A stretch of DNA of 64,000 bases, from NCBI GenBank assembly GCA_002104905.1, contig MCFE01000185.1, forward strand, positions 74,348-138,347. Reading direction: 5' to 3'. Below the pieces are notes generated by a model, which saw only the letters and a list, made by a program, of their open reading frames with translations, made no database searches and was not told the origin of the DNA. This DNA is from Basidiobolus meristosporus CBS 931.73 (lineage: Eukaryota; Fungi; Basidiobolomycota). Positions 13,101 to 26,150 of this stretch are shown here, in pieces (the first letter of the stretch is position 1; every line of letters begins with the position of its first letter). The translations under genes and the position numbers were made by a program.

Positions 13101-13919
13101 TGCACCATTTTGCATAAGTGCCAATTAGCCTATTCCCTGCATGTGATATATGGTCTTCCAAATGTTTAGTCCATGAGATGTTGAGATGTACCAGCTTAGA
13201 GAATCAGAAACTAGGAGACAATTTGAGAGTGTATTGCGGACTCTTGTTGACTTTGTTGATTGGAGATATTTTCATAGTATTTAAGTCATTTGGGGGAGAT
13301 ATAAATCTAAAGGCTCCTTGTTTGTAAAACTGAATTGTAGATGGTAATATATGGCCTGCACTGTATATTTAACTTGCAGCATGGCTCTGACATATACCCC
13401 TTACCAGATATCCACACTTTCAGCTCATTGCCAATCTGATTGCTTATCTTGTCCATACTTCTGCTGACATCTTGCTGTATAACTGCCAATAATGCTTCCT
13501 GCTCAGATTCTGGCATCCCTGTTTACTATCTGAGAGATCCATCTCTGCTTGAGTGGTGTGTGCTCCCCTAATACTAATAAAAGGACATATGATAGACACT
13601 TGCAAAATACTCAGATCATTTGACAAATGTTTATTGGGGTCTAACATTAGTTAGTATGAGGCTAGTTGTACTTTGGAGCATGGGACAGATTTTGTATGTG
13701 TTGTACTAAGGATAAGTTAGGACTTAGTGTGAAAGTCATAGTGATTTGAATGCTGAAATAGCAGTGTGTTGACATTGTCTTGGCCTTATGTGATATATAT
13801 GAAAGCAAATATGATTATTGAATTATAAACTTATCAGGGACCCATTAACCATTGGAGAGTTTAGCCCAGATGTTATATCTGTCAAGAGACTAGCCACACA
13901 CACTCTATATAATTTCTGA

Positions 13920-14083
13920 CTTTCAGTTCCCACTACGGCGTAGTTGGTTCCCAGGCCGGCGCAAAGATATGCTTCATCATTGAAGGGGAAGGACTTCGTG
14001 GCTATAGAAGAAGCAGTGAGGAGTAGAGTAGTGATTGCCCGTAACAGATCCTTTCCTGAGACTTCGGACGGTTTGCCGCTCAT
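13920..14083 (-). pseudogene. Truncated, possibly secreted protein with bacterial-type SH3 (SH3b-like) start
   Basis: A hydrophobic leader ITTLLLTASSIA is followed by AYLCAGLGTNYAVVGT. Reverting two TpG to CpG gives YLRAGPGTNYAVVGT. The sequence becomes CpG-depleted immediately after. Confidence 0.45.
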
Positions 14084-14591
14084 GGTGATACCTGATGGAT
14101 AGCAGCCGCAACATGGGGATCTATACTCTCTTGAGCAAAAACTATGAGTATTTTGTTCCGGAAGTCTTCTGGTACTGCATCCATATACTACTTAAATTGG
14201 GTCCTCAATACGTTTTCTTGGGAGAGATGAGCCACGATTCCTACCCTATCGAAATACCCGTAATACTGGCAAGTGACACAGGATTTAATAAGCAACAATT
14301 AAATCCCAGCGAGTATTTACCCGAAGTCATGCATGACTTTTCCGAAACAATGGCCTTTTTTAGATACAGTGCCAGTTTCTTTACAGAGGCTTGGCTATTA
14401 AGTAAAGGACCAAATAAGTGGATTACATGCAAAATTTCACCGAGCTGTAACACAAACCACCATAGCGTTCACTAACTCGTATATAAATTCGAGCTCAGCT
14501 AGGATCTTGGGCTACACTTCAATCAAACACCACACTCAAGGTACCGTTTGTTGACTTGTTCTAGCAACTTCATCACTAACCTGGACTCTAG

Positions 14592-14813
14592 ATGAAATTC
14601 TCTCTCGTCAGCTTTTTCCTTGGCCTTTCTTTTCTTGCCGTTGCTCAAGGCGCCACCTGTCGCTGCTATTACGAGGGTAGTGACTACACGAAGAGCTGCT
14701 GTAGCTCATCTGGTGGAAGCTACTCCAAGTCCAAATGCTCGCTGAGCTCATCCAGCAAAGTTCAGAAGTTTGACAGATGTTGCCAAGGCTTTGGAGAATT
14801 CTCGGACTGCTAA
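14592..14813 (+). CDS. Small secreted cysteine-rich protein (73 aa, 8 Cys)
   Basis: ATG start; signal peptide MKFSLVSFFLGLSFLAVAQG; CxC...CC...C...CC...C pattern; CpG-normal codons. Confidence 0.8.
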   Translation: MKFSLVSFFLGLSFLAVAQGATCRCYYEGSDYTKSCCSSSGGSYSKSKCSLSSSSKVQKFDRCCQGFGEFSDC

Positions 14814-14909
14814 TCTCGATCGTCTGCTTCACTCACTCCAACAATCAGCATACAAAGCTATTGAAACACTCGTACACGTAATAGGATCGAGTTGGAATAA
14901 AATACATGT

Positions 14910-15310
14910 TTACATCAACAAATTTAGATTGTATTGTGCATTAAAATACCGTGGATCGCCAATACTGTCACTGGCATCATTTTGGTTTGCACCATTTCCC
15001 TTGCCACTATAATCATCTCCACTGTTGCCGTGATTGCTCTCATCACTACTTCTGTTGGCGCTACCATCTCCACTCCCTTATTGTCACGGCTGCGATGTCC
15101 AGAATCATCACCAACACTACTGTTTCTGTTGTCCCCTTTTTTGGAACCATTGCCACTTCCCAAAACCATAGCTCCGTTTGCCACATTCCCACTGCTGCCA
15201 TTGGCATTAGTGTCAACCAAGCCATATGCATCTACTCCGCTTGGATGGTTACCGCTTCCAACTCCCACATTGACTCCGTTGAATACATTAATCTCAGGGT
15301 GTCTTATCAA
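14910..15310 (-). pseudogene. G/S/N/D-rich low-complexity coding remnant with a frameshift
   Basis: ORF 14924..15310 is G/N/S-rich. A second frame (GDGSANRSSDESNHGNSGDDYSGKGNGANQND...) keeps the same composition to a stop at 14910. Confidence 0.3.
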
Positions 15311-16562
15311 CGGTCAAAATCAGGGGTACTCATCTGATATTCCCTTATCCAAACCACAATATATGACAGCTACGCGAACGATATACTCTTCAGATGTGCC
15401 CCCTTTTACGAGGTTAGGGCTCCATATTTTATCAGCCTTTCTCAACCACCAGCTGCCTTAGCTCACCATTGCCTGCTCGAAAGGCCATCTCTGCCACCTA
15501 CGCCCAAACATCTAAGCATGAGTCAAGGTTTTGGGATGGCTACTTGTTACACCCGATATGTGCAATATCCGATTCTATTCGCCGCCAACACAAATGAGGA
15601 CCAATACGATTATGCCACTAGTACACAGTAATGCTGACCAGAATAAAATGGGCATTGTTGGGTATGAAAATGAGAGCGTTTCGAGCTCGGCTGGGAAAGA
15701 AATATGTGCCAGGTTACACATGTGATACCCAGAATTAGTCAACGGGCGATATACCAACTGAGAAAATACCCTGGATACACTATTTAGCTACTAAGTTTGG
15801 CATATTCATCGCCTATCCGGATTTTACAGGTTCCCCAGTTCTTTGGCATCAGTTGGTTTCACAAGTAACTTCATTGGGACTTTCCACTTTGGTATTGAGA
15901 CGCCATTACCATTGATGGGGATTTTGTTAATACTGTGACTGCCACCTTAGCTCAGAATCTCTGGGGGAAAAGATATGGGATAACCTCTGGTAACGTGGCA
16001 GTATACTACGAAAGTCGATGTACGGGTATTGCCTCACAAGGGCCTGCTTTCGGATACAAAAGCGACACGAAAAACCTGATGTGACCAATGAAGCAATGTA
16101 AAGTGGAAAACCCAGGGATTAGCTTTTCTAGTCACATTCAACTGTGGATATACTACTTTCCACTCATTGTCCGGTGTGATACAGATATTTAGCCGACAGA
16201 ATTTCTCCGAGACTCCCACCACATCAAAGCTAACCTTTCCAGCCTTGTTGTTATGCTAGCTTCTGATAACAATGGAAACGGCCGGGTATCTCGGCAGATC
16301 AATTATTTAGTGTCGATGCACTTCCAACAAGATTCATTCGTACTTTCCTTGTCATCGGTTGGTGTTGTCAGGGCATATCATTGGAGCAACGATCGCAAGA
16401 CTGCCATACAAATTGTGCATGCCAAAAAAATGGATAGCGATGATGCATCATTTTTATTCTCAGTAAAATGGGGCATGGAGTGGTTGAACATTGCAAAATG
16501 ATCCCAAGCCCCAGGCGTTCTCATTACAGTGATCGGAATGGCTTGGAGATACCACTGTCCTT

Positions 16563-16859
16563 TTACCAACAAAGAACCGAGTTGTTGGCGCGCAGCTTGC
16601 GGGCATCGATGTTCTGGCCAACGGCACCTTCGACAAGATTCTGGCACTCGGTGTCAGAGTACAAGTAGCACCAGCCGCCAGAGGTGTTGGTAACACGGCA
16701 AAGGGATGTCTTTCTCCAGTCACGGGTAGGGTAGCAGTTGTGTGGCTTCAACTCTTGGAGGGAGTACTGGCCCTGGCAGCCGTAGAACTCGACGGTGGCA
16801 GCTTGGATGCTGACTGCAACGGCAGCTACAACAGCGGCAGTGGAGGTGAAGAACTTCAT
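16563..16859 (-). CDS. Small secreted Cys-containing protein (98 aa), possibly beta/gamma-crystallin-like
   Basis: Signal peptide MKFFTSTAAVVAAVAVSIQA; motifs WCYLYSDTEC and terminal NSVLCW. Confidence 0.8.
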   Translation of the reverse strand: MKFFTSTAAVVAAVAVSIQAATVEFYGCQGQYSLQELKPHNCYPTRDWRKTSLCRVTNTSGGWCYLYSDTECQNLVEGAVGQNIDARKLRANNSVLCW

Positions 16860-18569
16860 ATTGATTTACAGCAGAAGGAATCGGATTGAAGAAGTGACAG
16901 TTGGAAAATAGTGAGGCTAGGGCTCCATTTTTTATAGATACCTACTTCAGCTCACTATTGCCTACTCAAAAGATCATCTCTATCATAAAAACCAAGCATC
17001 CAGTCATGTGCAAAGGTTTTCATGTAGCCACTTGTTACACCCGATGCATGGAATAACTTGCCCACGCATTAGGCGCTACAATATCATTTTGGTGCTGGTA
17101 AGATGTATTTGTAGGCCATCATACAAGCCTATGAGAATTCGGCAAACATCGTTGTCAATGAAAATGAATCTTCTGGCTCAGCTAGGAATAATCATGTTCG
17201 TGTTACACTTGCGAATTTGCAGGAAGTATGTTAGCAAGTAATATAGGTTTACAGCTTCATCTATCGGATAGTACCATAGGCTTTTTGGATTTCTCACGTA
17301 TCACCATTACTGCATCCTTGTTGCTTCCATTGGAGTAGCTGGCACCACTCTGTCTGATCGCATCATTGGCTATAAGATTTAGAAAACCTCCAGGGCTTTG
17401 CCAATTCTGTGAATTGGATAATATGCCATAAAGCAAGTCCCAAGTATATGAATCATAATTTAGCAATTTGCGCGTAGACTCAATAACTATAATATGAACT
17501 CTATAATTACATATCAGTCCTGTATAGTTTTCAGATATACCAACGTAGTGACAAATGGAATACTCCAAAGCCAAAGACTTAACTGAACTGGATGGCTCTT
17601 ATTCTCTCTCATTATCAAGGTGCATACTTATTATTACTATTACATGCACTGATAAATGAATGCCAGAATGTAAAGTTGCCTTGAATTGCTTTTGAATAGT
17701 TTTTGCTTCTCTGCAATGACTGATCTTCTCTGAGCCTTGGGCAAAATGCAGACTATGGATTTAGGCTACTTGCTACAAGTGTCACTATGTAATAAGGTAA
17801 AATCAGCAGTCTATACAAGGTGGATGGTTCCATTAGGTGATGCATTTCCCATCTAGTAATTAATATATGTCCTTAGACAAAAGGAATGTACACACTATGT
17901 ATTGCATTTTGGTATGAAAAATCTGTAAGCTGAAGGGCAGGGTAGTGTGAAATTCTTTTAGATGCTGTCTGCTCATGATCCTTATTTGTTAGACTTCAAG
18001 TGTAAGAGTTAGATCTCTAATAGTATTTGCAGGACCCCAAACTGTTACCAAGCTCTACCTGTTATGAATTATTAATGGATTCAGCTGATGTTTGTACTTT
18101 GATGAATGCAACTATATTGGCTTAGTCTCCTGCACTGTGGACCTTGGATGTATTACATATATTTGCTTTATTATAGTACAGTTGATGGTGTCAGTGTATA
18201 GTCAACACTCTGTTTACACATATGGTGCATACACTTCAAGACTCTGTTCAGCTCATTTTTGAGCACTTATAACTTACATGGTACTTGTTTGCTATTTATA
18301 GGCTGATGCCTGGAATTAGTATGCTCCAAAAGCCACCAATATGATCTAGCCCATCCAATGGACTGCAAATTCTGATTCCATCTATTTGCCACAAGACTCT
18401 TAGAAGTAATGAAGACAATTCTCAAAACTAGAAAGGCTATTCAATTGAAGCTCTTACACTTATGAATTCAAATAAAGTGTTTTTAGTCCTGTGGATTTCT
18501 TATTGGTTGCAGGTGACAAGAATACTTTGAAGGGGCCCTTGGAGGCAGAGTGATACGGCTGGAGTCTTT

Positions 18570-18780
18570 AGTGATACTTGAAGTAACTTGAATAGAAAGT
18601 GTATTTGGTGGTTTTCTAAACATAATACATTCAATGTAAAAAGAGCATTTCAACTTTCACATTGTCTTTGCAGAGCAGACTCATACAAAATGCTTTGGAA
18701 TGTTTTAAGAGTGAATGTGCCAAGCTTGGGGCAGTCTGGACAACTTGTGGTATTACATTTTCAATATTCTAAGTGTATGT
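18570..18780. repeat. Copy of dispersed ~280-bp repeat family
   Basis: Contains GGTGGTTTTC, TTCAATGTAAAAAG and GCCAAGCTTGGGGCAGTCTGGACAACTT. Confidence 0.6.
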
Positions 18781-18929
18781 AGCAAGCTATTTGATTTGAG
18801 TTTGCTGGGATACAAAGCAAATGATCCAAGCAACCAGGCTAGATGAGTATATATGTGTAATTACAAATATTATAGTACCTCCTTCAGCTCAATAGCCATA
18901 CAAACAGATTCTAATTGTTACCTTGGATA

Positions 18930-19490
18930 TTAGACATTTTCTGCTGGATAGTGACCCATTGGGTTGTGAGTGCCAGAGTTTACCAAAGTGTGCTGGAGAG
19001 AGCAACTAGAGTTGTACTGGGCTACAGAGTGTAAAACATAGTTCTGCATGATCATATAAAGTAGCCCCTGTGTTTCACTCACTGTGATTGATCAAATTTA
19101 TTTTTTGACCTTTTTTTGGACCAAACATTGTGCTTGCTTTGTAAGAGCACAGAAAGACTGCAGTAGTACATTTTGTACCCAATACCCATGGCACTCTGAA
19201 TCAAGATTCTGAGGCTTCTAGCTTGTCACAAAAATGCATAGCACTTTCATGGTCTACTGGTGTTATCCAGCACAATATTGAAACATCATTCCTTAAGCAA
19301 AACATATACAAAGAATTTATAGTGCCAGATATGGTTGGTAAAATACATGTTCTGCTTTGCACAAAGATGCAGCGCTATATTTCACACTCTGTGGCCTAAT
19401 ATAGGTCCACTTGGCCTTTCTGGCACACCATGGCATTATTTGGCACTCATGGCTTTATGCAGCACTATCAAATAGAACAAGTATATTTGA
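18930..19490. mobile_element. Second, more decayed foldback copy (right arm internally deleted)
   Basis: 18930-19275 aligns to the 7820 arm. 19320-19482 aligns to parts of the 8211 arm and ends GCACTATCAAATAGAACAAG. Confidence 0.7.
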
Positions 19491-21469
19491 ACTTGTCCTG
19501 AGTTGATCAATGTCAGCAGTCATGTCATCTGCAGGATGGTAGGCAAAGCCTACTAGGTTATTTTTATAGCATCATCTAAGAAATGGTGTCTAACGTCTAT
19601 ATGCTTACTTCTAGCATGGAGGTTTGATATCTACCTAATTATGTGCACTCATGAGTATGTGAAGTAATATACCAAGTTTTGTGTGTGAAAGCTTAGTACT
19701 TTCAAAAGCTTTCTTGGACATATTGCATATCTTAGTTAATACACCCATCAGACTTGTCCATATGTGTAACATTATCAAGTTCAATATTGAAAATGTAAGA
19801 TTCACATTGCCTAAGAAAAAAGGTCAAGAAAAGGCCAGGAAAATACCATCATAATATCAACTGAATTCCAAGTTTTTTAAAATTGACGACTCTAAATATC
19901 CCTGTTGTTAGCTGATGGGCAGGCAAGCAAACAAATTCTCCAGGAGGAGACTAGGCCAGCTAGCATCCATGCCAAATGTGGTAATTAGCTGATTGTCACC
20001 TCCATCAAAGATTGCATTTGAAGTTTTGAGTCAAAAACACTAGCTGAATACCAGCAAAATACCATTAGAATACCAGTTGAACACCAGCTGAAAATCAGAT
20101 GAATTCCAAATTTGAGATTTTTCATAGGGATCTATTTGATCAATGAAAGCTTATATTTAACTGCAATGGCCAATATTTGCTTTATGACTAATGCTTGGCC
20201 ATATGTGCAAAGGGCTTAGTGAGGTCCATTTCTTTTGTTTTGGAGTACCCTTTGGCTATAATGCTTGCTCTTTATGCTTCTACTGCACCATTGGCCTAAT
20301 GCATACAAAGATTAGAAGAAAATTTAAGTTGCAAGTGCTGACTTATCATGATCTCATCAAGAGCATTCCCTACCATTACATCTTGGATGCAATATGATGG
20401 CAGATGGAGGACAGCCAGGAAAAGTTACAAAATACAGAGTACTGATAGGCACATGGAGACACCTACGCCTTTGGCATTAAGAGTCTGAGCAGCCCCAATG
20501 CATTGGTAATCAGTTAAGTAAGGCATGGTAAGATTGCACAAAACAAGCAATTAATTCTTCTTGGGAAAGCCCCACCAAAGTATGCTGGGTGTCTCCTGGG
20601 TACAATTTAATCTGCATACTTTCACTATGGAACCTACACAAAATAGAGTCATTTTGCCCTTATGAGAGGGACCAGAATCCAGTACAGAGTAGGCATCAAT
20701 TGGTTAAGTATCAAAAGATGTTTTGCAGATATAATAGTGGTATCCATGGCAAACATAGTGGCACCCATGCATATGCTTGCAAGATGTATGTGTTTCCAGC
20801 AACAACAAGTATGTTTTAACCTTGTAAGTATCACACTCAAAGGTTGTAAAGTTGAGGTGATTGAATTGTGCTGCAGCATGTGTAGATGTGAACAGAAGTT
20901 AATAAGCAACATACCATATTGTTTTGATTTAATCTATATGCAGAGTATCTATGACCATACTGGGTAAGTCATTAACCTGGGATAATAGTACAGTGGAGCC
21001 TATGATTGGCACAAGGGGGGTGGAAAAATGAAATATTGTTTGGTAAATTGATGTGGTAGCAATATATAGAACTAGCTGTAGGCCACCATGCTGCCGCAAG
21101 AATGTCTACAGGGATTCAAATAAAGGCTATTGGACTCTGTCAAGTTTTACCATGTGAGGCAGCAGCATATGTTGGCTAGTTAGGTCTGCTCAGATTAAGA
21201 CAGACCAGATTTGGATATCTTAAGGGAGATGGGGTGGGGGCGTAAAAATACTATTATATAGTTGGCCTATTGAAGAATAAATGCTTATTGAATCCAACTT
21301 AACCTTCCTTTACATGAATTAATACCGGCACATTTGGGCTGCTTAGCTTCCAAATGTTGGAGGCATAAGTGCCTCTATGATAAATCTATGTTCATAATTT
21401 CTAATGATTGGGGAGCTTGTAAGAACAGGTCTGCATAGTTGGGGCTTTTTGGACTCTTTGAAGAAACCT

Positions 21470-21760
21470 GAAGATATTGGAAGTGATTGGGATACAGGTT
21501 TATTACGTGGTTTTCAATTATAGATTTGCTGAATGTAAAAGTAGTATTTAATATTTACCAGCTCTGCGCAAGCTAGCTAGTAAGGTATGGTCATGATGGT
21601 CCCACCAAAATGTGCACAGAATTGGGGCTCTTTGGGCAACTTTGGGAAATTTCATATACTGGGTTCCTGATGTCTTGGTGCAAATATTTCAAGTTGATCC
21701 AACCAGGGGATTGATGGGAATTCTCTGCAATTTGTGGGCTATGATCAGAGTGGCTTATCT
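21470..21760. repeat. Copy of dispersed ~280-bp repeat family
   Basis: Contains GAAGTGATTGGG, GGTTTTCA, GAATGTAAAAGTAG and TTGGGGCTCTTTGGGCAAC. Confidence 0.7.
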
Positions 21761-21829
21761 TGCCAATATTTAGGTGTAATCACAAATTTTTACAACACCT
21801 CTATAACAAAATACTCACATGAACTAGTC

Positions 21830-24800
21830 TTAACTGTGATCTAAGTTATTCAAGTCTGTCTTTAGCTACTGGTTTGGTAAATATGTCTGCAATCATTTTA
21901 TCACTAGGATAATAAACCAAGAAGCCAAGTTACTCTCTACAGCTCCCTAGATGGAATGATGTCCAATATCTACATGCTTAACCCTATTATGAAAAGTTGG
22001 ATCTATACCTAGTTATATATATTCCTGATATTCTGCAAATGATATTTTAAGGGCTGTTTGACATAAGCCTCAACCTTTGAGATGCTCTCATATCTACACT
22101 ACTAAGCATTAAACTCCTGACCATACACTAATATGCAATATCTGGGCTTTAGGATGGTACTAGGCTCTCTTGTCCTGGGTAAGTTCTGACCAAGCTAAGG
22201 TTTATCTCCATTGCAGTAGCCACTGCTTTATAGTTGTCCATTTGGTACTTGTTAAGTATAGCTGGAATATATTTGGACTGGCTAAAGTTATTAGTATGAG
22301 AATATCTGTCTACATAGTACTATATTCCTTAGTAAAAACTGAACTCTCCTGTATTGAATATTTTGATCTTGCCAGATGGACTAGATTTAGTGTGATGGAA
22401 TCAAACTTTACTACCTGTGCAACAATTCTGGTGTAGTCAAGTCCTATTGTTTAAGAGTATTCACTGACTACAATTCTGAGTTTGTACCTTTCAGCTGCAA
22501 CATCAGCCATTTATTTTGTCACAAGGACTTATCTGCATCCCACAGTTTTCAATGATTAGGTACTTGGCAAAGCTCAAAGTTTGATTTTTTATTTGGGCAT
22601 GCTATTCTTTGATCATTGTAGATCTTGTGATTCCTATCTAAGGACTATTTAGTGCCTCTTTTACTCTCTTGGCTTATCAACATGGATTGAAATGGCAGAG
22701 ACTAATCATACACCCTCATTGATGTGGTAATCTGACCTGGTTTCAATCTGGCTTGATATCCTGCCTTATTATACTGGAATGATCACTTCTAAAATACTTG
22801 TAGGCAATGATTTGAGCCACACCATAATTTTCAAGTCCTTTGGAGCAGAAAACATCTCATTGCTTTACTCTGACTTAGTCCTGACTATTGGAGAACTTGA
22901 GATTGAATTTGTGTCATCATCTGTAGTGGTATTTGCAAAAATATTGAGTGTTCATCTGACAGCACATCCCTAGACTCAATTGGCTTATTTGATTAGGTAT
23001 TACAGAGTCTGCATCTTGCCTACTCTTTGCAAGAGCCCAAAATACTCATCTGAGACCTTTTGGCTCCAATTTGGACTGAATACCTGGTGGCATCTGGGCA
23101 ATTGATATGCCACCAGGTACTCTTGAGTGCTCTGCACTGGGTTTGCTTCCATACTCTGCCTCAAATATAGTAAAATCTTGAAGTATTTTACTTTAACTCC
23201 TATTTTATCAATTTTTGGCTGGAGCTGCAGATTCATCCTTGTGATTGTATTGTATTCTTCAGCACAGATCATAGGCCTTACCATATTCTTTATAGGTCTA
23301 TTTGCATCTTCTGCAACAGTAATTTGCTGTGGGGAGTATGATACAGAGGCTGCTATTGCCTATAATGGCTTGTAAGCACCTTGTTTTGTGGCTTAACTTC
23401 TCACTGAGCATCTTATTTCTTCCTTTGCATTGACAGTTTATTTTCTTGGTTCCACTTTGAGGCACCTGCTATATATGTAACCAAAGGTCAAATCTTCAGC
23501 ACTGGACTCTGGCATCTATACAAAGCCCTGCATCTGCTGGGATACTCAAGAGGGCCACAAGTATTATATCTTTATTAGTGGTGCATACGCTCACTGGTTC
23601 CATCACAGCAACAACAGTTTAACAATCTGTATGAGAAATTATTTGGTCCAGCAGGTTGATTGGATTTGGATCAGTCATCAGGATCACACAATGAGGCTGT
23701 TGTAAAGCCAGCAGCTTTGTGGCTTATCTTTGAATAATCAAAGTTAGAATATCATAATTGGAATTGCATAAATATTGGTATAATATTTTGATTAAAAGGG
23801 TTATTGCCTCTTGTGTTATCATCAATAAATGTGATTCAGTAAATCATACTGTTGAAGTATAAATGTTGCATTGGACCCCACAGATCTTGTAAGAGTTTGG
23901 TGATGTTAGAAGTGATTGGGAGAACATATGATTATGGGGTTTTCACTTTATGATTTAATGAATATAGAAGTAGTATTTAGACTTTTACATGGTCCTGGCA
24001 AGACAAATATGCTTAATATGCTCAGTAAGGTCACAATAGCTGTGTGCAAAGTTTGGGGCAGTTTGGACAACTTATCAAGCCTTCATACTGGGTGTGACTA
24101 AGCTTCTGGTGGAGATATTTTACATAATTCCCACCAAGGATTCTGGCTAGGATTCTTAAGGATTTGCACATAATGCTCCAAGTGACTAAGGTAGGTTAGT
24201 ACTTCAATACAACTACAAACTTTTAAAACAGATCTCAGTGCATTACATCCATTTTTACTCAGTTGTGATTATCTCAGAGCTCTTGAAGGGCTGTCTTGCT
24301 TGTTTTCCATATATACAGGCTGCACACTGCTCCAAATTAGACAAGGGACTTGTTTTTACTACAGAAATTAGCTGATATTTGATCATTTTGCACAAATAGT
24401 CAAAATTGATGTGTCCAAGTCATCTGTGTTAAAGCATTGGTGTGTCATTGATCAAGTTACTAATATTGCTTCCAGATATGTTGGAATACAAGTCAACTGT
24501 ATATATTCTGATATCTGATGCTCAAAATAATATGGGCACCATTTTCATCAGTGGCCCTGCATTCAGAAAACCCGCTTATTGGAATTTCTTGATACTGGGT
24601 AAAAGTACTCTCTGGCATGTGATGTGTTGAAATGTTCCAGTGTCAGTATATCACATCTGAGATTCCTTGTATGTGATCATATTTAGTGCAGATATGAATA
24701 GTCAATTTGTAGTAGTTGCAGCATTTCCATGTGTAGGCTTTTTCTGTTGATTTTCACTCTTTTTGAAGCACCAGTCTGGTATATGGCCTTTCCATCTACA

Positions 24801-25300
24801 GCAGCTGCAAGATATGTTTCTGTTGGCTTTAAAGCATGTTGAGCACCTCTTTTGGTGGTTATCATCGCTTATTAATGCATATCCCCTTTCTGCTGGTTGG
24901 CACTTGAGCTTCTCAGTTTCTTATCCAAGAGTCTTGCATATCTGTGATTCATATTCAAATCTCCAGTTCTGTGCTCTAGGGCTGATACAGGACCCTGAAA
25001 CCTGTCTGTCAGGCTATTCTGGTGGGTAACTATCATATCCTCATCAGTGGTCTATATGCCCATTGGTCCTACTTCATCATCTAGCAGGATAATTCTGTTG
25101 ATTAGATATTCCATTTCTTCTTCTGAGAGCATCTCTGGAGTCAAGAAATTTTGTCTATGATATATTTTGTCAGCAGCTGAATATGACTAGTAGGCTCCTC
25201 CTAATGCCTTCCAGATATTCTCTGCTGCTTTTGCTCTTGAGTATTGAATTAGTAACTTGACTTTAACATTGAGATAAATACAGTTGAAGCTGCTTTGTAC
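21830..25300 (-). mobile_element. Degenerate Ty1/copia LTR retrotransposon internal region (gag-integrase-RT-RNase H order)
   Basis: Minus strand, in order: UBN2-type gag (AENIWKALGGAY...YLINRI); CCHC knuckle CSCCRWKGHIPDWC; GAG-pre-integrase LGHINFDYL...CAACIYGKQARQPF; integrase YSPQQITVAEDANRPIKNMVRPM; RT GLDYTRIVAQVVKFDSI; RNase H FHNRVKHVDIGHH and MIADIFTKP. Confidence 0.9.
23880..24200. repeat. Copy of ~280-bp repeat inserted inside the copia integrase region
   Basis: Contains GAAGTGATTGGGAGAACA and GCAAAGTTTGGGGCAGTTTGGACAACTTATCAA, near-identical to 54950-55090. Confidence 0.75.
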
Positions 25301-25399
25301 TCTCTTTTGGCACTTCAAAGCTTCTTCCCATACACCTTTGGGAGAGCATTCCTCTCCAATAGCAATATCCTAAAGGCCTCTTTCCTGTAGCAGCATCTC

Positions 25400-26150
25400 C
25401 ATTTTCCCCTTCCAGGCTTGGTGGCTAAACCCATCCAACTTCTCAGCAGAGGGAAAATTCCAGTGATAGCAATGGCAGACATTCCAGAGAGGGACAGCTG
25501 GGGGCTCATAAGCTGTTGCACAAGTACTGGAGTAACCAGAAGTGATTGGGCAAACTGTTGTAAGAGTGTTGGAGATATTGGAAATGATCTGGAGAGCATG
25601 TAGATTATGTGGTTTTCACTGAATGATACATTGAATGTCAATGTAGTATTCATACTTTTACATGGTGTTGGTAAGCAAGCAGGTAAACTATGCTCAGGAG
25701 GATGTGAGTAAAGCTTTGGGCTCTTTGGACAACCTTGAGAAATACCATGCCCTGGGTATCTGATGTTTTGGGGAAAATATTATAAGTAAATGCCAGCAAG
25801 TAATTTGGTCAGAGTTCTCCAAGATTTGTGGACCAAGATCCAAGTGACTAAGTTAGGTGAGTGTCTAGGTGCAATCATAAAATTTAAACAGTTTTCACTT
25901 GATGATTTATGGAATGTAAAAGTAAAATATATATTCCTGCATGGTCCTGGCAAAACAAGCATATAGAATATGCTTAGGAAGGTCCCAAGAGCATGCATGC
26001 AAAGTGTGGGGCTGTCTGGACAACCCTGCGATGTTGCATGGTCACAGGGTACCTGATGTTTTGGTGAAAATTTTCCAAGTAGACCCCAACAAGGAATTCG
26101 ACCAGAATTCCCCAAGATTTGTAGGCCATGATCTAAGTGACCAAGTTGGA
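25400..26150. repeat. Tandem copies of the ~280-bp repeat
   Basis: GTTTTCACT at 25612 and 25891 (period 279), with downstream motifs also repeated. Confidence 0.75.

Noticed and set aside
15400-17574. Additional genes at 15.4-16.3 kb, 17.0-17.6 kb, 32.2-32.7 kb and 50.3-50.6 kb
   Set aside because: These look coding-like and CpG-normal, but frames are broken and no family motif could be recognised, so they are not called.
21470-25800. ~280-bp repeats as the LTRs of the copia element
   Set aside because: Another copy interrupts the element internally and others occur far away. No clear TG...CA ends or PBS were seen; kept only as an open alternative.
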